Shown: in pieces, positions 48,778-58,582 of the stretch
Position numbering within the stretch: the stretch's first letter is position 1
Layout: every line of letters starts with the position of its first letter
NCBI GenBank assembly: GCA_051006215.1
Contig: JBPCIO010000151.1
Location: 1-60,204 of the forward strand
Direction of reading: 5' to 3'
DNA: 60,204 nucleotides
Source: Chloroflexota bacterium
GTDB lineage: Bacteria > Chloroflexota > UBA6077 > CF-72
Notes under the pieces: generated by a model
Told to the model about the DNA's origin: nothing
The model's input: the letters and a program-made list of their open reading frames with translations, nothing else
Databases searched by the model: none
Made by a program: the position numbers and the translations under genes

Positions 48778-48913
48778 CTCCTCATCTTCCGACGGGACCG
48801 GCACGTGCGGTCGCATCGGCGGAATTGGCACCTTCTCCGGACGAGCACCGCTCGCGCCGGGAGGGTTGCCGGGCTTCACAGGGCCGATTCCCTCCACCTC
48901 TCTGGATGCGGAG
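48778..48913 (-). promoter_or_regulatory. SAM-I (S-box) riboswitch
   Basis: Minus strand: CTCCGCATCCAGAGAGGTGGAGGGAATCGGCCCTGTGAAGCCCGGCAACCC...GAAGGTGCCAATTCCGCC...GGAAGATGAGGAG. It matches the SAM-I core and has a P1 helix. Confidence 0.9.
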
Positions 48914-48955
48914 ACAAAGACTATGTAGTTGGCAGGTGCGCGGGCATCCTACCAG

Positions 48956-49693
48956 TCAAGCCAGCTTGCGTGCCACCACAAAGTGCGAGATCCCGAAGCA
49001 GCGCAAGGGTGAGCTCTCGGCCAGATGCATGAGGTCACGGAAGAGGCGGCCCATCATGCCGCGCTCGGCCCAGTTGTCGCAACCTGGAAAGATGTGCGAC
49101 TCCACGACGAATTCCACACTCAGCCCACCGAACAGCTTGCGGACCTCATCCTGGGTATAGATGCGGACGTGTGGCGCGAAGTAGTTGCGCACGAAATTCG
49201 GGACCCAGTTCGCCAGCAGCGGCAGATTGCAGGGCCCGTGGTATCTACCCGCGAAAAAGAAGCCGTGCGTCTCGAACGGGTACAAGCGGTTCGGCGCGTA
49301 GACCACGATGTGGCCGCCCGGAGCCAACACTCGATACGCCTCGACGATGGTCGCCCGATCGTCGTCGACGTGCTCGATCACTTCGTTGAGCAAGATGAGG
49401 TCGAAGCTGGCGTCCTCGAACGGCAGCTGCTCAGCCGGCGAAACGCGTAAATTTGGCAGCGATTCGCTGGCGCGGGCGATCTTGTCCGGGTCGATATCGA
49501 CGCCATACACATCGTCGCTGAATTGACGAAATTGGGACACGTACATGCCGAGACCGCAGCCAATATCCAGAATTCGCTTGGCGCGCAGCTCGACATACTG
49601 GCGGATAAAGGCGAGCCGTCGATCCTGACCCCGCCGCCAGACATAGCTGGGGTGGCCAAGCCGAATCGCCTTAGTTGCCGCCACGGTCGCCAC
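48956..49693 (-). CDS. Class I SAM-dependent methyltransferase
   Basis: ILDIGCGLGMY (motif I), VYGVDID, LILLNEVIEHVDD. Start placed at GTG 49693; the ORF track start 49903 is probably too long. Confidence 0.75.
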   Translation of the reverse strand: MATVAATKAIRLGHPSYVWRRGQDRRLAFIRQYVELRAKRILDIGCGLGMYVSQFRQFSDDVYGVDIDPDKIARASESLPNLRVSPAEQLPFEDASFDLILLNEVIEHVDDDRATIVEAYRVLAPGGHIVVYAPNRLYPFETHGFFFAGRYHGPCNLPLLANWVPNFVRNYFAPHVRIYTQDEVRKLFGGLSVEFVVESHIFPGCDNWAERGMMGRLFRDLMHLAESSPLRCFGISHFVVARKLA

Positions 49694-49944
49694 TATGCTC
49701 GTCGATCTCCTCGAGGGCGCAGGGTGTCGCACGACACGGGCACGCACCCGGCAACGACTTGATTCCGGCGCATTCGCGCGGAGCTTAGCGAACTTTGTCG
49801 AGCCCGCACAAGCTCTGCCGCACAACCCGTAACCCGAAGGAGCGCGTGTTGTGTCGTTGTTGTGCCTCCACAGACATTCGACGGCACGTTGCCTGCTTCG
49901 CAACCCGATACACAGACAAGGACCCCGGGAAGCGTAAAACAGGC

Positions 49945-50142
49945 ATGGATCGGGACCAACTTATACAACGCCTACGGGCGCGCGTGCGGCGCGGCGGCCC
50001 CGCCGAGCAGGTGTGGTGGAATGGCGAGCTCTTGCATGTGAGCCAGGCCATCGCGCGGGCCGCGCAACTCGGCGAACAAGAGCCTATCCGCGCACGCGGC
50101 GATGACGTAGTGATTCTCCGCACGCTGCGCGACGCGTACTAG
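49945..50142 (+). CDS. Small hypothetical protein (65 aa)
   Basis: ATG 49945 within ORF 49795..50142. No motif. Weak support. Confidence 0.3.
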   Translation: MDRDQLIQRLRARVRRGGPAEQVWWNGELLHVSQAIARAAQLGEQEPIRARGDDVVILRTLRDAY

Positions 50143-50179
50143 TCTCGCGTCACAAAAGCAGCACGCGCGGGCGGCTCGG

Positions 50180-52360
50180 ATGCGCCCGCGCGGAGCATAT
50201 GCTAAAACCCGCGCGCAGATGTCGCGCTTGGTCCAGGCGGTGCGTCGGGCCCGCCGCCGCCCCCCGTCGTTGATTGGACTTGGCGCCGGCGCCGTCGCTA
50301 TCGCAGCCCTGGCCCTGATCGGCGTGGTGGTTTTTGAACTGGCCAACTGGGACAAAGTCACCCCTGGCGCTAGCGCGCTAGGCACCTCGCTCGGCGGCCT
50401 GTCCCAAGCCGAAGCCGTAGCGCGTCTCGCACCGGGCGTGCAGCAACTTCTGGATCGCCCGCTCGACATTCAGGGCGGCGGTCAGGAATGGCACACCACT
50501 GCCCGCGATCTCGGCCTACGGCTCGATCCCAACGAGCTGGTTGGAGCCGCGTATCAAGTCGGGCGCCACGGCAACCCGCTCGATCGGCTGGCCGACCAAT
50601 TCGATACGCTTGTGCGCGGCCGAGCTGTCACCGCCGCCAGCACCACCGACCGGGCCGCCCTGGACGGCTCGCTGGCTACGATGGCACGCCAAATCGAGCG
50701 CCAGCCCACCGACGCGCGCTTGGTGCTGGCCGACAATGGCGCAATCGAAGCGGCCGGCGCTCAGGACGGTCTGGCGGTCGACGTGGCCGCCTCCCGTGAC
50801 CACGTCACATCGGCGCTGAATGGCAGTGATCAAATCATTCAACTGGTTACCACGCCGGTTGCCCCCGCCATCGCAGATCAGCAGCTGCAGACCGCCCACG
50901 ATCAACTGGATCGCCTGTTCGGCGCGAATTCCGACACCTTCAGCGTGACGTTCGCCGACAGGAGCTGGCCGCTCGAACGGACCGACGTCCTCAAACTCGT
51001 GTCGCTGAGCGGCGGTACCAAACCCGGCCAGCCCGCGACCGTCACCATCGACGATGCTCCTCTTGCAGCCTGGGCCGCGCGTCTGGCGGAGGATATCGAC
51101 CAGAAAGTGCAGGACGCTCGGTTCGGTTTCAACGGCGGCGACCTCAAGGTGTTGCGGCCGAGTCGCCAGGGACGCACGCTGGACCAGGACGCGACCGTCC
51201 AGGCGGTCCGCGCCGCGCTGCTGGCAGGCGAGCCCAGCCTGGCCTTGCCCGTGGCCACCGTCGAGCCAAGTGTTTCATCCGACGATCCCCAGTCACTCGG
51301 CATCACCGAGCTGATCGACCGCGGCAACACTGCGTTCGCGGGTTCGATCCCCGAGAAGAAGCACAACATTCAACTGGCCGCCGAGCGGTTGAATGGGGTA
51401 GTCGTGGCGCCTGGCGCGACGTTCTCGTTCAACGACGCCGTCGGTCCGACAACCATCGCGTCCGGCTTCCAGTGGGGCTTTGGCATCGAGTCTGGGGACA
51501 ACGGCCCGCGGACCGTTCCGAGCGTCGCCGGGGGCATCTGCCAGGTAGCTACGACGCTGTTCCAGCCTGTGTTCTGGTCGGGCTACCAGCTCGAGGAGCG
51601 CTACTGGCACCTGTACTGGATCCCTGCCTACACATCGCGCGGCGTGGTCGGCCTGGATGTGACGGTCGACGGCGATTCGGGCCTGGACTTCAAGTGGACC
51701 AACACGACCAAGACCTACGTGCTGGTCCAGGCTGACACCGACGCCGACCACATTTATTTCGGCCTGTACGGCAAAAAGCCTAACTGGCAGGTACAGGTCG
51801 ACGACGCGGTGATCACCAATCGTGTGCCGCCCGACCCGAAGCCGATCGCGCAGGAAGAGCCGACGCTGCCCTGGGGCAAAACGCTGGCCGTCGAATCTGC
51901 CCGCGACGGATTCGACGCCGAGGTGATCCGCCGGGTCATCCCAGCTGACGGCAGCAAGCCGCGTGAGCTGGTGTTGAAGAGCACGTATCAGCCGGCGCAC
52001 ACGGTTACCCTGGTCGGTTCGGCCGGCAAGCCCGCGGGCGCGAGCGTGGACGACGCCATCCAACGCGTGCTCAACGCCCAGAAACCGGCTGAAGCCAAAG
52101 CCAGCCCGACCGCGGATGCGGCCAAGCCGAGCCCCACCGCCGATGCGGCCAAGCCGGTCGCGACGCCGAACGCGCCCGCACCCACTGTGCCAGCACTCAA
52201 CGCGCCCGCCCCGAACGTGCCCCCACCCAACCCGCCTGCCCCCCAGCCGACGCTCGCCCCCGCGCCACCTCCGGCTGGGCAGGCAGCCGCCCCGACCCCC
52301 ACCCCGCGCAATCAGGCACCCACCCCAGCCCCCAAGGCGGCCCCAAAACCCAGCCGCTAA
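50180..52360 (+). CDS. VanW-family protein with an N-terminal TM anchor and a Pro/Ala-rich repetitive tail
   Basis: VanW core GGICQVATTLFQPVFWSGYQLEERYWHLYWIPAY. TM segment LIGLGAGAVAIAALALIGVVVF. Confidence 0.8.
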   Translation: MRPRGAYAKTRAQMSRLVQAVRRARRRPPSLIGLGAGAVAIAALALIGVVVFELANWDKVTPGASALGTSLGGLSQAEAVARLAPGVQQLLDRPLDIQGGGQEWHTTARDLGLRLDPNELVGAAYQVGRHGNPLDRLADQFDTLVRGRAVTAASTTDRAALDGSLATMARQIERQPTDARLVLADNGAIEAAGAQDGLAVDVAASRDHVTSALNGSDQIIQLVTTPVAPAIADQQLQTAHDQLDRLFGANSDTFSVTFADRSWPLERTDVLKLVSLSGGTKPGQPATVTIDDAPLAAWAARLAEDIDQKVQDARFGFNGGDLKVLRPSRQGRTLDQDATVQAVRAALLAGEPSLALPVATVEPSVSSDDPQSLGITELIDRGNTAFAGSIPEKKHNIQLAAERLNGVVVAPGATFSFNDAVGPTTIASGFQWGFGIESGDNGPRTVPSVAGGICQVATTLFQPVFWSGYQLEERYWHLYWIPAYTSRGVVGLDVTVDGDSGLDFKWTNTTKTYVLVQADTDADHIYFGLYGKKPNWQVQVDDAVITNRVPPDPKPIAQEEPTLPWGKTLAVESARDGFDAEVIRRVIPADGSKPRELVLKSTYQPAHTVTLVGSAGKPAGASVDDAIQRVLNAQKPAEAKASPTADAAKPSPTADAAKPVATPNAPAPTVPALNAPAPNVPPPNPPAPQPTLAPAPPPAGQAAAPTPTPRNQAPTPAPKAAPKPSR
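52103..52156 (+). repeat. Tandem 27-bp coding repeat (SPTADAAKP x2) in the VanW tail
   Basis: AGCCCGACCGCGGATGCGGCCAAGCCG / AGCCCCACCGCCGATGCGGCCAAGCCG. Confidence 0.85.
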
Positions 52361-52453
52361 GGCGCACAACTCCTTGCGCGTATGCGCGCCTCCTCCAGGT
52401 GGACTGCTGATCCTCTGGACACGCGCCCTGCAGTGTGGTTAGGGTGAGATGCG

Positions 52454-53089
52454 GTGGCGAAAGCGGGCAGGCGGTTGAAGCGCGGGCATCTTCGGCGTAA
52501 CGGCGCGCGTCCGACGCCGCAAGCGTTGCCGGCGCACGACGCGCCCACAGGCAGCGCGAGTAGCGCTACGCCGGTGTCCGCGGCCTCTAGTCTGCCTCGC
52601 GCCGAGGCTGACTCTGGCCCTGCCGCGGGGCCATCGCCTGGTGCAGGCCGCGTGCCGCCTCTGGTGCGCGACGTGTCAGCCGGCGGCGTCGTCTATCGTC
52701 GCGAGGCCCAGGACGGGCAAATCGAGGTGGCCCTGGTCGGCCGCCTGCGCCCAAAGCGGTGGGCGCTCCCCAAGGGCACCCCGGAGGTCGGGGAAACCCT
52801 CGAAGGTACGGCTCTGCGCGAAGTCGGCGAGGAGACCGGACTGCTCGCGCGCATCGAGCAGCCGCTCGACCGAATCCAGTATCGGTTCATCTGGGGCGGC
52901 GTGCGCCACTTCAAGACGGTGCATTTCTATCTGATGGAAGTGGTTGGCGGCGACACGGCCAACCATGACGGCGAATACGACCTTGTGGAGTGGTTTCCTA
53001 TTGGCGAAGCCCTGCGCCGACTGTCGTACCCGAACGAAGCACGCGTGGTCGATAAAGCCCAGCAAGTGCTCGACGCCGAGGGCCACTAG
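52454..53089 (+). CDS. NUDIX hydrolase with a low-complexity N-terminal extension
   Basis: Nudix box GTPEVGETLEGTALREVGEETGL. Confidence 0.8.
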   Translation: MAKAGRRLKRGHLRRNGARPTPQALPAHDAPTGSASSATPVSAASSLPRAEADSGPAAGPSPGAGRVPPLVRDVSAGGVVYRREAQDGQIEVALVGRLRPKRWALPKGTPEVGETLEGTALREVGEETGLLARIEQPLDRIQYRFIWGGVRHFKTVHFYLMEVVGGDTANHDGEYDLVEWFPIGEALRRLSYPNEARVVDKAQQVLDAEGH

Positions 53090-54273
53090 CCGCTGCGCGC
53101 GGAGGCGTAGACCTGGCTCAACGGCACCCCGGCGGCGCGCGCTACGCTAGCGCAGTCCTCGAATTCAGGCGCCACGACCTCGAGTCCGCCAAGGTGCTTC
53201 ACTTTGACCCGCACACTGCCCCACGGCGTCTCGACACACCGCTGGCTCCGCTGCGCGATGAGACGATCGATCGTCTGCAGCCGGACCCCGAGCGCCGACG
53301 TGTGCACCAGCACCAGTTCGGCCAACCGCTGGCCGTCCGCCGGTCGCCCTATCACCCGTACCAGCACGCCCGGGCGGTTCTTTTTCATTTGCAGGGGACT
53401 GAACGCTACGTCCAGCGCGCCGCCCTCCAGCAGGCGCTCCATTGCAAATGCGAGCTCCTCGGGCGAGCAGTCGTCCAGGTTGGTCTGGATCTCGACAACG
53501 CTCTCGCGTACCAGCCCGAGCGCGGGCGAGCGCGACTGGCCAACCAGCAACCGCACGGCATTTGGCCACGCCGGCTCGCGAGTTCCGAACCCGTATGCGA
53601 CGCGTTGTAGCTGTGGCAGGCAGCTGGCATCCGATCCGAAACGGGCCAGGACGCTCAGCAGCGCCGCGCCAGTCGGCGTCGTCAGCTCGCCGGTCGGCTC
53701 GGGCGTCGGGTCGGCGCGGATCGGCACCGTACCCCGCCGAATGAGCTCGAGTGTCGCGGGCGCCGGCACGGGTAGTCGCCCATGCTGCGTCGTCACCCAA
53801 CCTGACCCCAGTGGCAGCCCTGAGCAGTGCACCTGGGACCAGTCCGCCCCCAGCAGGTGCAGGCCCAGCACGACGCCCGCGACGTCGACGATGGCGTCGA
53901 TCGCCCCAACCTCGTGGAACTGCACCTCCTCGATCGAGGTCGCGTGAATGGATGCCTCGACGCTGGCCAGTCGCTCGAAGACCTGAGCCACTCGCTCGAC
54001 CACCGGCCCGGGCAGCTCACCCGCTCGCACGATGCGCAACACCTCGCTGAGGCCGCGATGCGGCGGGTCGGCCTGGTGCAGCTTCACCCTGGCGCGCGTG
54101 CCGCCGAGGCCGTGCTGGCGGGCGGCCTCGACTTCGAGCCCCCAGCCGCTCACCGGCAGCGAGGCCAGGCCTGCGCGCAGCTCGTCCTGGCTGACGCCCG
54201 CGTCGACCAGCGCGCCGAGCAGCATGTCGCCAGCCGCGCCGCTGAAGCAGTCGAAGTACACGGCGCAACTCAT
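53086..54273 (-). CDS. larC: Nickel-pincer cofactor biosynthesis protein LarC (DUF111)
   Basis: MSCAVYFDCFSGAAGDMLLGALVDAGV N-terminus typical of LarC. 395 aa. Confidence 0.85.
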   Translation of the reverse strand: MSCAVYFDCFSGAAGDMLLGALVDAGVSQDELRAGLASLPVSGWGLEVEAARQHGLGGTRARVKLHQADPPHRGLSEVLRIVRAGELPGPVVERVAQVFERLASVEASIHATSIEEVQFHEVGAIDAIVDVAGVVLGLHLLGADWSQVHCSGLPLGSGWVTTQHGRLPVPAPATLELIRRGTVPIRADPTPEPTGELTTPTGAALLSVLARFGSDASCLPQLQRVAYGFGTREPAWPNAVRLLVGQSRSPALGLVRESVVEIQTNLDDCSPEELAFAMERLLEGGALDVAFSPLQMKKNRPGVLVRVIGRPADGQRLAELVLVHTSALGVRLQTIDRLIAQRSQRCVETPWGSVRVKVKHLGGLEVVAPEFEDCASVARAAGVPLSQVYASARSG

Positions 54274-54409
54274 AGCCGAAGGCTACACCGGGTACGTGCC
54301 TGGGGCTCACCCGGTCTAGGAAGGAGAGGGCTGCGACCGAAGCCAGGCGTTGATTTCGCCCAGCTATGAGTGTCGGAGGTTGGCCGGCGCGGTCGGCGGC
54401 CTGATATTC

Positions 54410-54462
54410 TTTGCCGTACACCCGTACAGTTACGGAGGTGTACGGGTATATTTGCCGTACAC
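54410..54462 (+). promoter_or_regulatory. Direct repeats and hairpin upstream of pdxS (candidate operator/leader)
   Basis: TTTGCCGTACAC at 54410-54421 and 54451-54462 (41-bp period). Between them, ACCCGTACA-N10-TGTACGGGT. Confidence 0.3.
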
Positions 54463-54479
54463 TCGAAGGAGCCGCCGTC

Positions 54480-55412
54480 ATGACCGTCGATCCCATCGCT
54501 CCCAGCGCCCCAACCAGCAACGGGCATGCCCCCGAGACCGGTACCTGGACCGCCAAGCGCGGCCTAGCCCAGATGCTCAAGGGCGGCGTGATCATGGACG
54601 TGGTCACCGCGGACCAGGCCAAGATCGCGGAAGACGCTGGCGCAGTTGCGGTCATGGCGCTCGAGCGCGTCCCGGCCGACATCCGACGCGACGGCGGCGT
54701 AGCGCGCATGTCGGATCCGGAGCTGATCCACCAGATCATCGACGCGGTGACTATTCCGGTCATGGCCAAGTGCCGAATTGGCCACTTCGTCGAAGCGCAG
54801 ATCCTGCAGGCGCTGGGGGTCGACTACATTGACGAGTCAGAGGTGCTCACGCCCGTCGACGAGGAGCACCACGTCTATAAGCACACGTTCAAAGTTCCGT
54901 TCGTGTGCGGCGCCCGCAATCTGGGCGAGGCGCTGAGGCGGCTGGGCGAAGGCGCCGCCATGATTCGCTCCAAGGGCGAGGCGGGTACGGGCGACGTAGT
55001 CGAGGCAGTGCGGCATATCCGCGCTATCACCTCTGAGATTCGCCGCCTGGGCACCGTCGGCGAGGAAGAGCTGATGCACGAATCCAAGGAGCTCGGCGCG
55101 CCGTACGAGCTGGTGAAGCAGGTCGCCCGCGAAGGTCGCCTGCCGGTCGTGCTGTTCACCGCAGGGGGCATTGCCACACCCGCTGACGCGGCGTTGATGA
55201 TGCAGATGGGCTCCGAGGGCGTTTTCGTCGGCTCCGGCATATTCAAGAGCGGCGATCCAGCCCGACGCGCAGCCGCGATCGTGAAAGCCACCACGCATTA
55301 CCAGGACGCGTCCATCCTGGCCGAGATCTCGCGTGGCCTGGGTGAGCCGATGGTGGGCATCTCAGCCCGCACCCTGCCCGAATCGAGCCAGCTCGCTACT
55401 CGCGGATGGTAG
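54480..55412 (+). CDS. pdxS: Pyridoxal 5'-phosphate synthase, lyase subunit
   Basis: GAAGGAG RBS before ATG 54480. [32 protein letters not shown]. Confidence 0.95.
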   Translation: MTVDPIAPSAPTSNGHAPETGTWTAKRGLAQMLKGGVIMDVVTADQAKIAEDAGAVAVMALERVPADIRRDGGVARMSDPELIHQIIDAVTIPVMAKCRIGHFVEAQILQALGVDYIDESEVLTPVDEEHHVYKHTFKVPFVCGARNLGEALRRLGEGAAMIRSKGEAGTGDVVEAVRHIRAITSEIRRLGTVGEEELMHESKELGAPYELVKQVAREGRLPVVLFTAGGIATPADAALMMQMGSEGVFVGSGIFKSGDPARRAAAIVKATTHYQDASILAEISRGLGEPMVGISARTLPESSQLATRGW

Positions 55413-56050
55413 GGGCGCCCCTCACGATTGGGGTGCTGGCAGTCCAGGGCGACTTCGCCGAGCACGCCGCCATGCTGCGGCGTGCGGCGGCAGACTCTGG
55501 TGAAGATACGCCGCGCGATCTCCGCGTCCGCGAGGTCCGCACACCCGGCGACCTCCTGGAGCTCGACGGGCTGATCGTGCCCGGCGGCGAGAGCACGACC
55601 ATCGGCAAACTGCTGGTCGCCTATGGTCTCGAACAGCCGATCCGCGATGCCGCGCGCGAGGGTCTGCCGGTGTGGGGCACGTGTGCCGGCATGATCTTGC
55701 TGGCCCGCGACATCGTCGGCGGCGAGCCGGACGGACGCATAGGCCTGATGGACCTGAAGGTTCAGCGCAACGCGTTCGGCCGCCAGCTCGATAGCTTCGA
55801 AGTCGACCTATCCTTTACCGGCCTGGATCGGCCCATTCACGCGGTCTTCATTCGAGCGCCGCTGGTGGAACGCGTGGGCCCTGAGGCCGTGGCGCTGGCG
55901 ACACTCCCCGATGGACGCGTCGTCGCCGCGCGCCAGGGCAATCTGTTGGCTACGGCATTTCATCCGGAGCTCACGCCAGACACCCGGCTACACGCACTGT
56001 TCATCCGCAGCTGCGAGCAATCAACCCTGAGCACTCGGTCCGCCGCGTAA
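55406..56050 (+). CDS. pdxT: Pyridoxal 5'-phosphate synthase, glutaminase subunit
   Basis: [22 protein letters not shown] (catalytic Cys), FHPELT. Start overlaps the pdxS stop. Confidence 0.95.
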   Translation: MVGAPLTIGVLAVQGDFAEHAAMLRRAAADSGEDTPRDLRVREVRTPGDLLELDGLIVPGGESTTIGKLLVAYGLEQPIRDAAREGLPVWGTCAGMILLARDIVGGEPDGRIGLMDLKVQRNAFGRQLDSFEVDLSFTGLDRPIHAVFIRAPLVERVGPEAVALATLPDGRVVAARQGNLLATAFHPELTPDTRLHALFIRSCEQSTLSTRSAA

Positions 56051-56085
56051 CGCCGCGGACCCGGCTCAGCGCTACACTTGCGGCC

Positions 56086-56883
56086 GTGAGCGGCCTGGTG
56101 CTCGCCATCGACATCGGCAACACGAATGTCAAACTAGGGACGTTCGACGACGATCGGATCACGGCCACGTGGCGCCTCGAGACGGACGTGCAGCGTATGC
56201 CAGACGAGTACGCTGCCCTGCTGGATTGGCTGCTCTCCCGCCGAGGACTGACCTTCGCCGACATCCGCGGCGTGAGCCTCTCCAGCACCGTGCCAGCCAT
56301 GGTGCCGATCTGGAAAGAGCTTATCGGCAACTATTTGTCTGCCGACTGCCCAGTCGTCGAGGTGCGCGCCAGCGGCAACACTGGCATTACCATCGCCATC
56401 GACAATCCCAATGAGATGGGCGCCGACCGGATAGTCGACGCACTGGCTGCAGCCGAGCTGTACCGGCTGCCAGCCATCATCGTCGATTTCGGCACCGCCA
56501 CAACATTCGACGCCGTGGACCGCGAGGGACGACTGTTGGGGACAGCGCTGGCGCCCGGCTTGCGAACCGCCATGGACGGCCTGTTCCAGCGCGCGGCCAG
56601 GCTGTCTCGCATCGAGCTAGCTCAGCCTGGAGAAGTCATCGGACGCAACACCGTCGATGCGCTGCGGTCGGGCTGGGTGTACGGCTACGTCGGTCTGGTG
56701 GAGGGCCTGGTCACGCGGATCAAGGCCAAGCTCGGAGAGGACGCCCTGGTGATCTCGACTGGCGGTCTGGCTGACTACGTCCTGGTCGAAACCAACATCG
56801 TGGAGGTTCACGACCCGATTCTCACGCTGAAGGGGCTTCGGCTGTATTACGACCGCAACGTTGCACGACCGTCGCCGCCATGA
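56086..56883 (+). CDS. coaX: Type III pantothenate kinase
   Basis: LAIDIGNTNVKLG, VDFGTATTFD, ISTGG. Confidence 0.9.
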   Translation: MSGLVLAIDIGNTNVKLGTFDDDRITATWRLETDVQRMPDEYAALLDWLLSRRGLTFADIRGVSLSSTVPAMVPIWKELIGNYLSADCPVVEVRASGNTGITIAIDNPNEMGADRIVDALAAAELYRLPAIIVDFGTATTFDAVDREGRLLGTALAPGLRTAMDGLFQRAARLSRIELAQPGEVIGRNTVDALRSGWVYGYVGLVEGLVTRIKAKLGEDALVISTGGLADYVLVETNIVEVHDPILTLKGLRLYYDRNVARPSPP

Positions 56884-58097
56884 GCCGCATTCGCGTCTTG
56901 CAGGACAAACACGTCACCCTCGGCGTGACGGGCAGCATCGCTGCCTACAAGGCGGTTGTGCTGGCGAGCGCGCTGCACCAGGCTGGCGCCCTCGTCGACG
57001 TGGCGATGACCCCTGACGCTCAGCGCTTTGTCCAGCCGCTGTCGTTTCAGGCAATCACCCACCGGCCCGTGTTTGCCGACTTGTGGGGGCCGGGCATGGA
57101 AACCGACATCGCTCACGTGACCCTCGGGCAGCGGAGCCAGGTCATCGTCATCGCTCCAGCCACCGCGACTATGTTGGCCAAGCTGGCCCATGGCCTCGCT
57201 GATGACCCCGTGTCGATCACGGCGCTCGCGGCCAGGTGTCCGATCGTCGTCGCCCCGGCAATGGACGCCGGCATGTTTTCGCACGCGGCGACCCTAGCCA
57301 ACGTCGAAACCCTCAAGGCGCGTGGGGTGGTGGTAGTGGAACCAGAAGCCGGCCACCTGGCGAGTGGTCTGGTCGGACCTGGCCGACTGGCGGCGCCCGA
57401 AAACATTGTCGACGTCGTACGCGCCACCCTGGGCGCACGTGGCGACCTGGCTGGTCGACGCGTGCTGGTCACGGCCGGTGGAACTCGCGAGGCTATCGAT
57501 CCGATTCGCTATATCGGCAATCACTCATCGGGCAAAATGGGCTACGCCATCGCAGAAGCGGCCCGCGATCGTGGCGCGGACGTGGTGCTGGTCGCCGCAC
57601 CGACCGCGATGCGCGCGCCGGCTGGCCTGCGTGTTGTCCACGTGAGCTCAGCCCAGGACATGCTTTCGGCGCTCATGGAGCGGTACGCGAGTCAGGACGT
57701 ACTCATCATGGCTGCCGCCGTCGCGGACTTCAGCGTTGGGGCACAAGCGGAGCACAAGATCAAAAGGGCCGAGCAACCGCTGGAGCTACGCTTGCTGCCC
57801 AACCCTGATCTGCTGGCTGCCACGGCTGAGCTCTGGACTCCGAGGCAGCCGGTGCGAGTAGGTTTTGCCGCGGAAACGCAGGACTTGATCGAGCAGGCCG
57901 TCGGCAAGCTGGAACGCAAGCGTCTGGACCTGATTATCGCCAACGACGTGCGAGCCGACGTGTTCGGCGCCGACACGGATCAAGTCACGCTGCTCTGGGC
58001 GGACGGTCGGCGTGCAGAGCTACCCAGGCTGCCCAAGACCGAGGTCGCCGAACACGTCCTCGACACTGTCGCCGCTCTCCTGGCCAGCCGGGGTTAA
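56880..58097 (+). CDS. coaBC: Bifunctional phosphopantothenoylcysteine decarboxylase / phosphopantothenate--cysteine ligase
   Basis: LGVTGSIAAYK flavoprotein N-terminus, PAMD, NHSSGKMG, AAAVADF. Confidence 0.95.
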   Translation: MSRIRVLQDKHVTLGVTGSIAAYKAVVLASALHQAGALVDVAMTPDAQRFVQPLSFQAITHRPVFADLWGPGMETDIAHVTLGQRSQVIVIAPATATMLAKLAHGLADDPVSITALAARCPIVVAPAMDAGMFSHAATLANVETLKARGVVVVEPEAGHLASGLVGPGRLAAPENIVDVVRATLGARGDLAGRRVLVTAGGTREAIDPIRYIGNHSSGKMGYAIAEAARDRGADVVLVAAPTAMRAPAGLRVVHVSSAQDMLSALMERYASQDVLIMAAAVADFSVGAQAEHKIKRAEQPLELRLLPNPDLLAATAELWTPRQPVRVGFAAETQDLIEQAVGKLERKRLDLIIANDVRADVFGADTDQVTLLWADGRRAELPRLPKTEVAEHVLDTVAALLASRG

Positions 58098-58528
58098 GTC
58101 CGCTGACGAGCTTGGTCGCCGGTGATGATGGTGCTGGCCTGGGCGTCGTGGCCGATGGCCACGCTGCGGTCGCCGCTGGCGGTCACGCTCGTGGACGAGC
58201 CTGCCTGGGCTTCTTTCAGCACCGCCTCCAGCTCGTGCTGCAGCTCGGGCTCGTCCGCCAGCAGCTTTCTGATCTGGACGCGGAGCGCTGCCCTGGCATC
58301 CTCGTCTGCCGGCTGCGCAGCAACGTCTGCCGCGGCTTCCCGGGCTGAGGGTCTGGCCTCCAACCTGGTACCCAGACGGCTCCAAAGCGTTGTCGCCAAC
58401 TCCCAACCCTTGTCGCCGACGCGCTCGGCGGCCTGCGTACCCAGTCCTTCGCCCACCTTGACCAGGTACGGTAGGAACGGACTCAAGATCTGCACGATCT
58501 GACCGGCCAGCGGCACGACTGCATCCAT
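58094..58528 (-). CDS. Hypothetical helical protein ending in the Gly-rich motif ASGDRSVAIGHDAQASTIITGD
   Basis: 144-aa ORF. The C-terminal motif is repeated at the N-terminus of the divergent neighbour. Confidence 0.5.
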   Translation of the reverse strand: MDAVVPLAGQIVQILSPFLPYLVKVGEGLGTQAAERVGDKGWELATTLWSRLGTRLEARPSAREAAADVAAQPADEDARAALRVQIRKLLADEPELQHELEAVLKEAQAGSSTSVTASGDRSVAIGHDAQASTIITGDQARQRT

Positions 58529-58582
58529 GACCTGTGCATGCTAACGTGCCGCGATGCGCGTTTAATCAAACGCAGGCATCGC

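Noticed and set aside
51293-52369. 358-aa minus-strand ORF
   Set aside because: It is antisense to the VanW gene and its Pro/Ala-rich tail. The Gly/Arg-rich translation is an artefact of the repeat.
53086-54273. larC without larA/larB/larE as a possible novel context
   Set aside because: Lar genes are often dispersed. Nothing in the sequence itself is unusual, and the rest of the genome is not visible.
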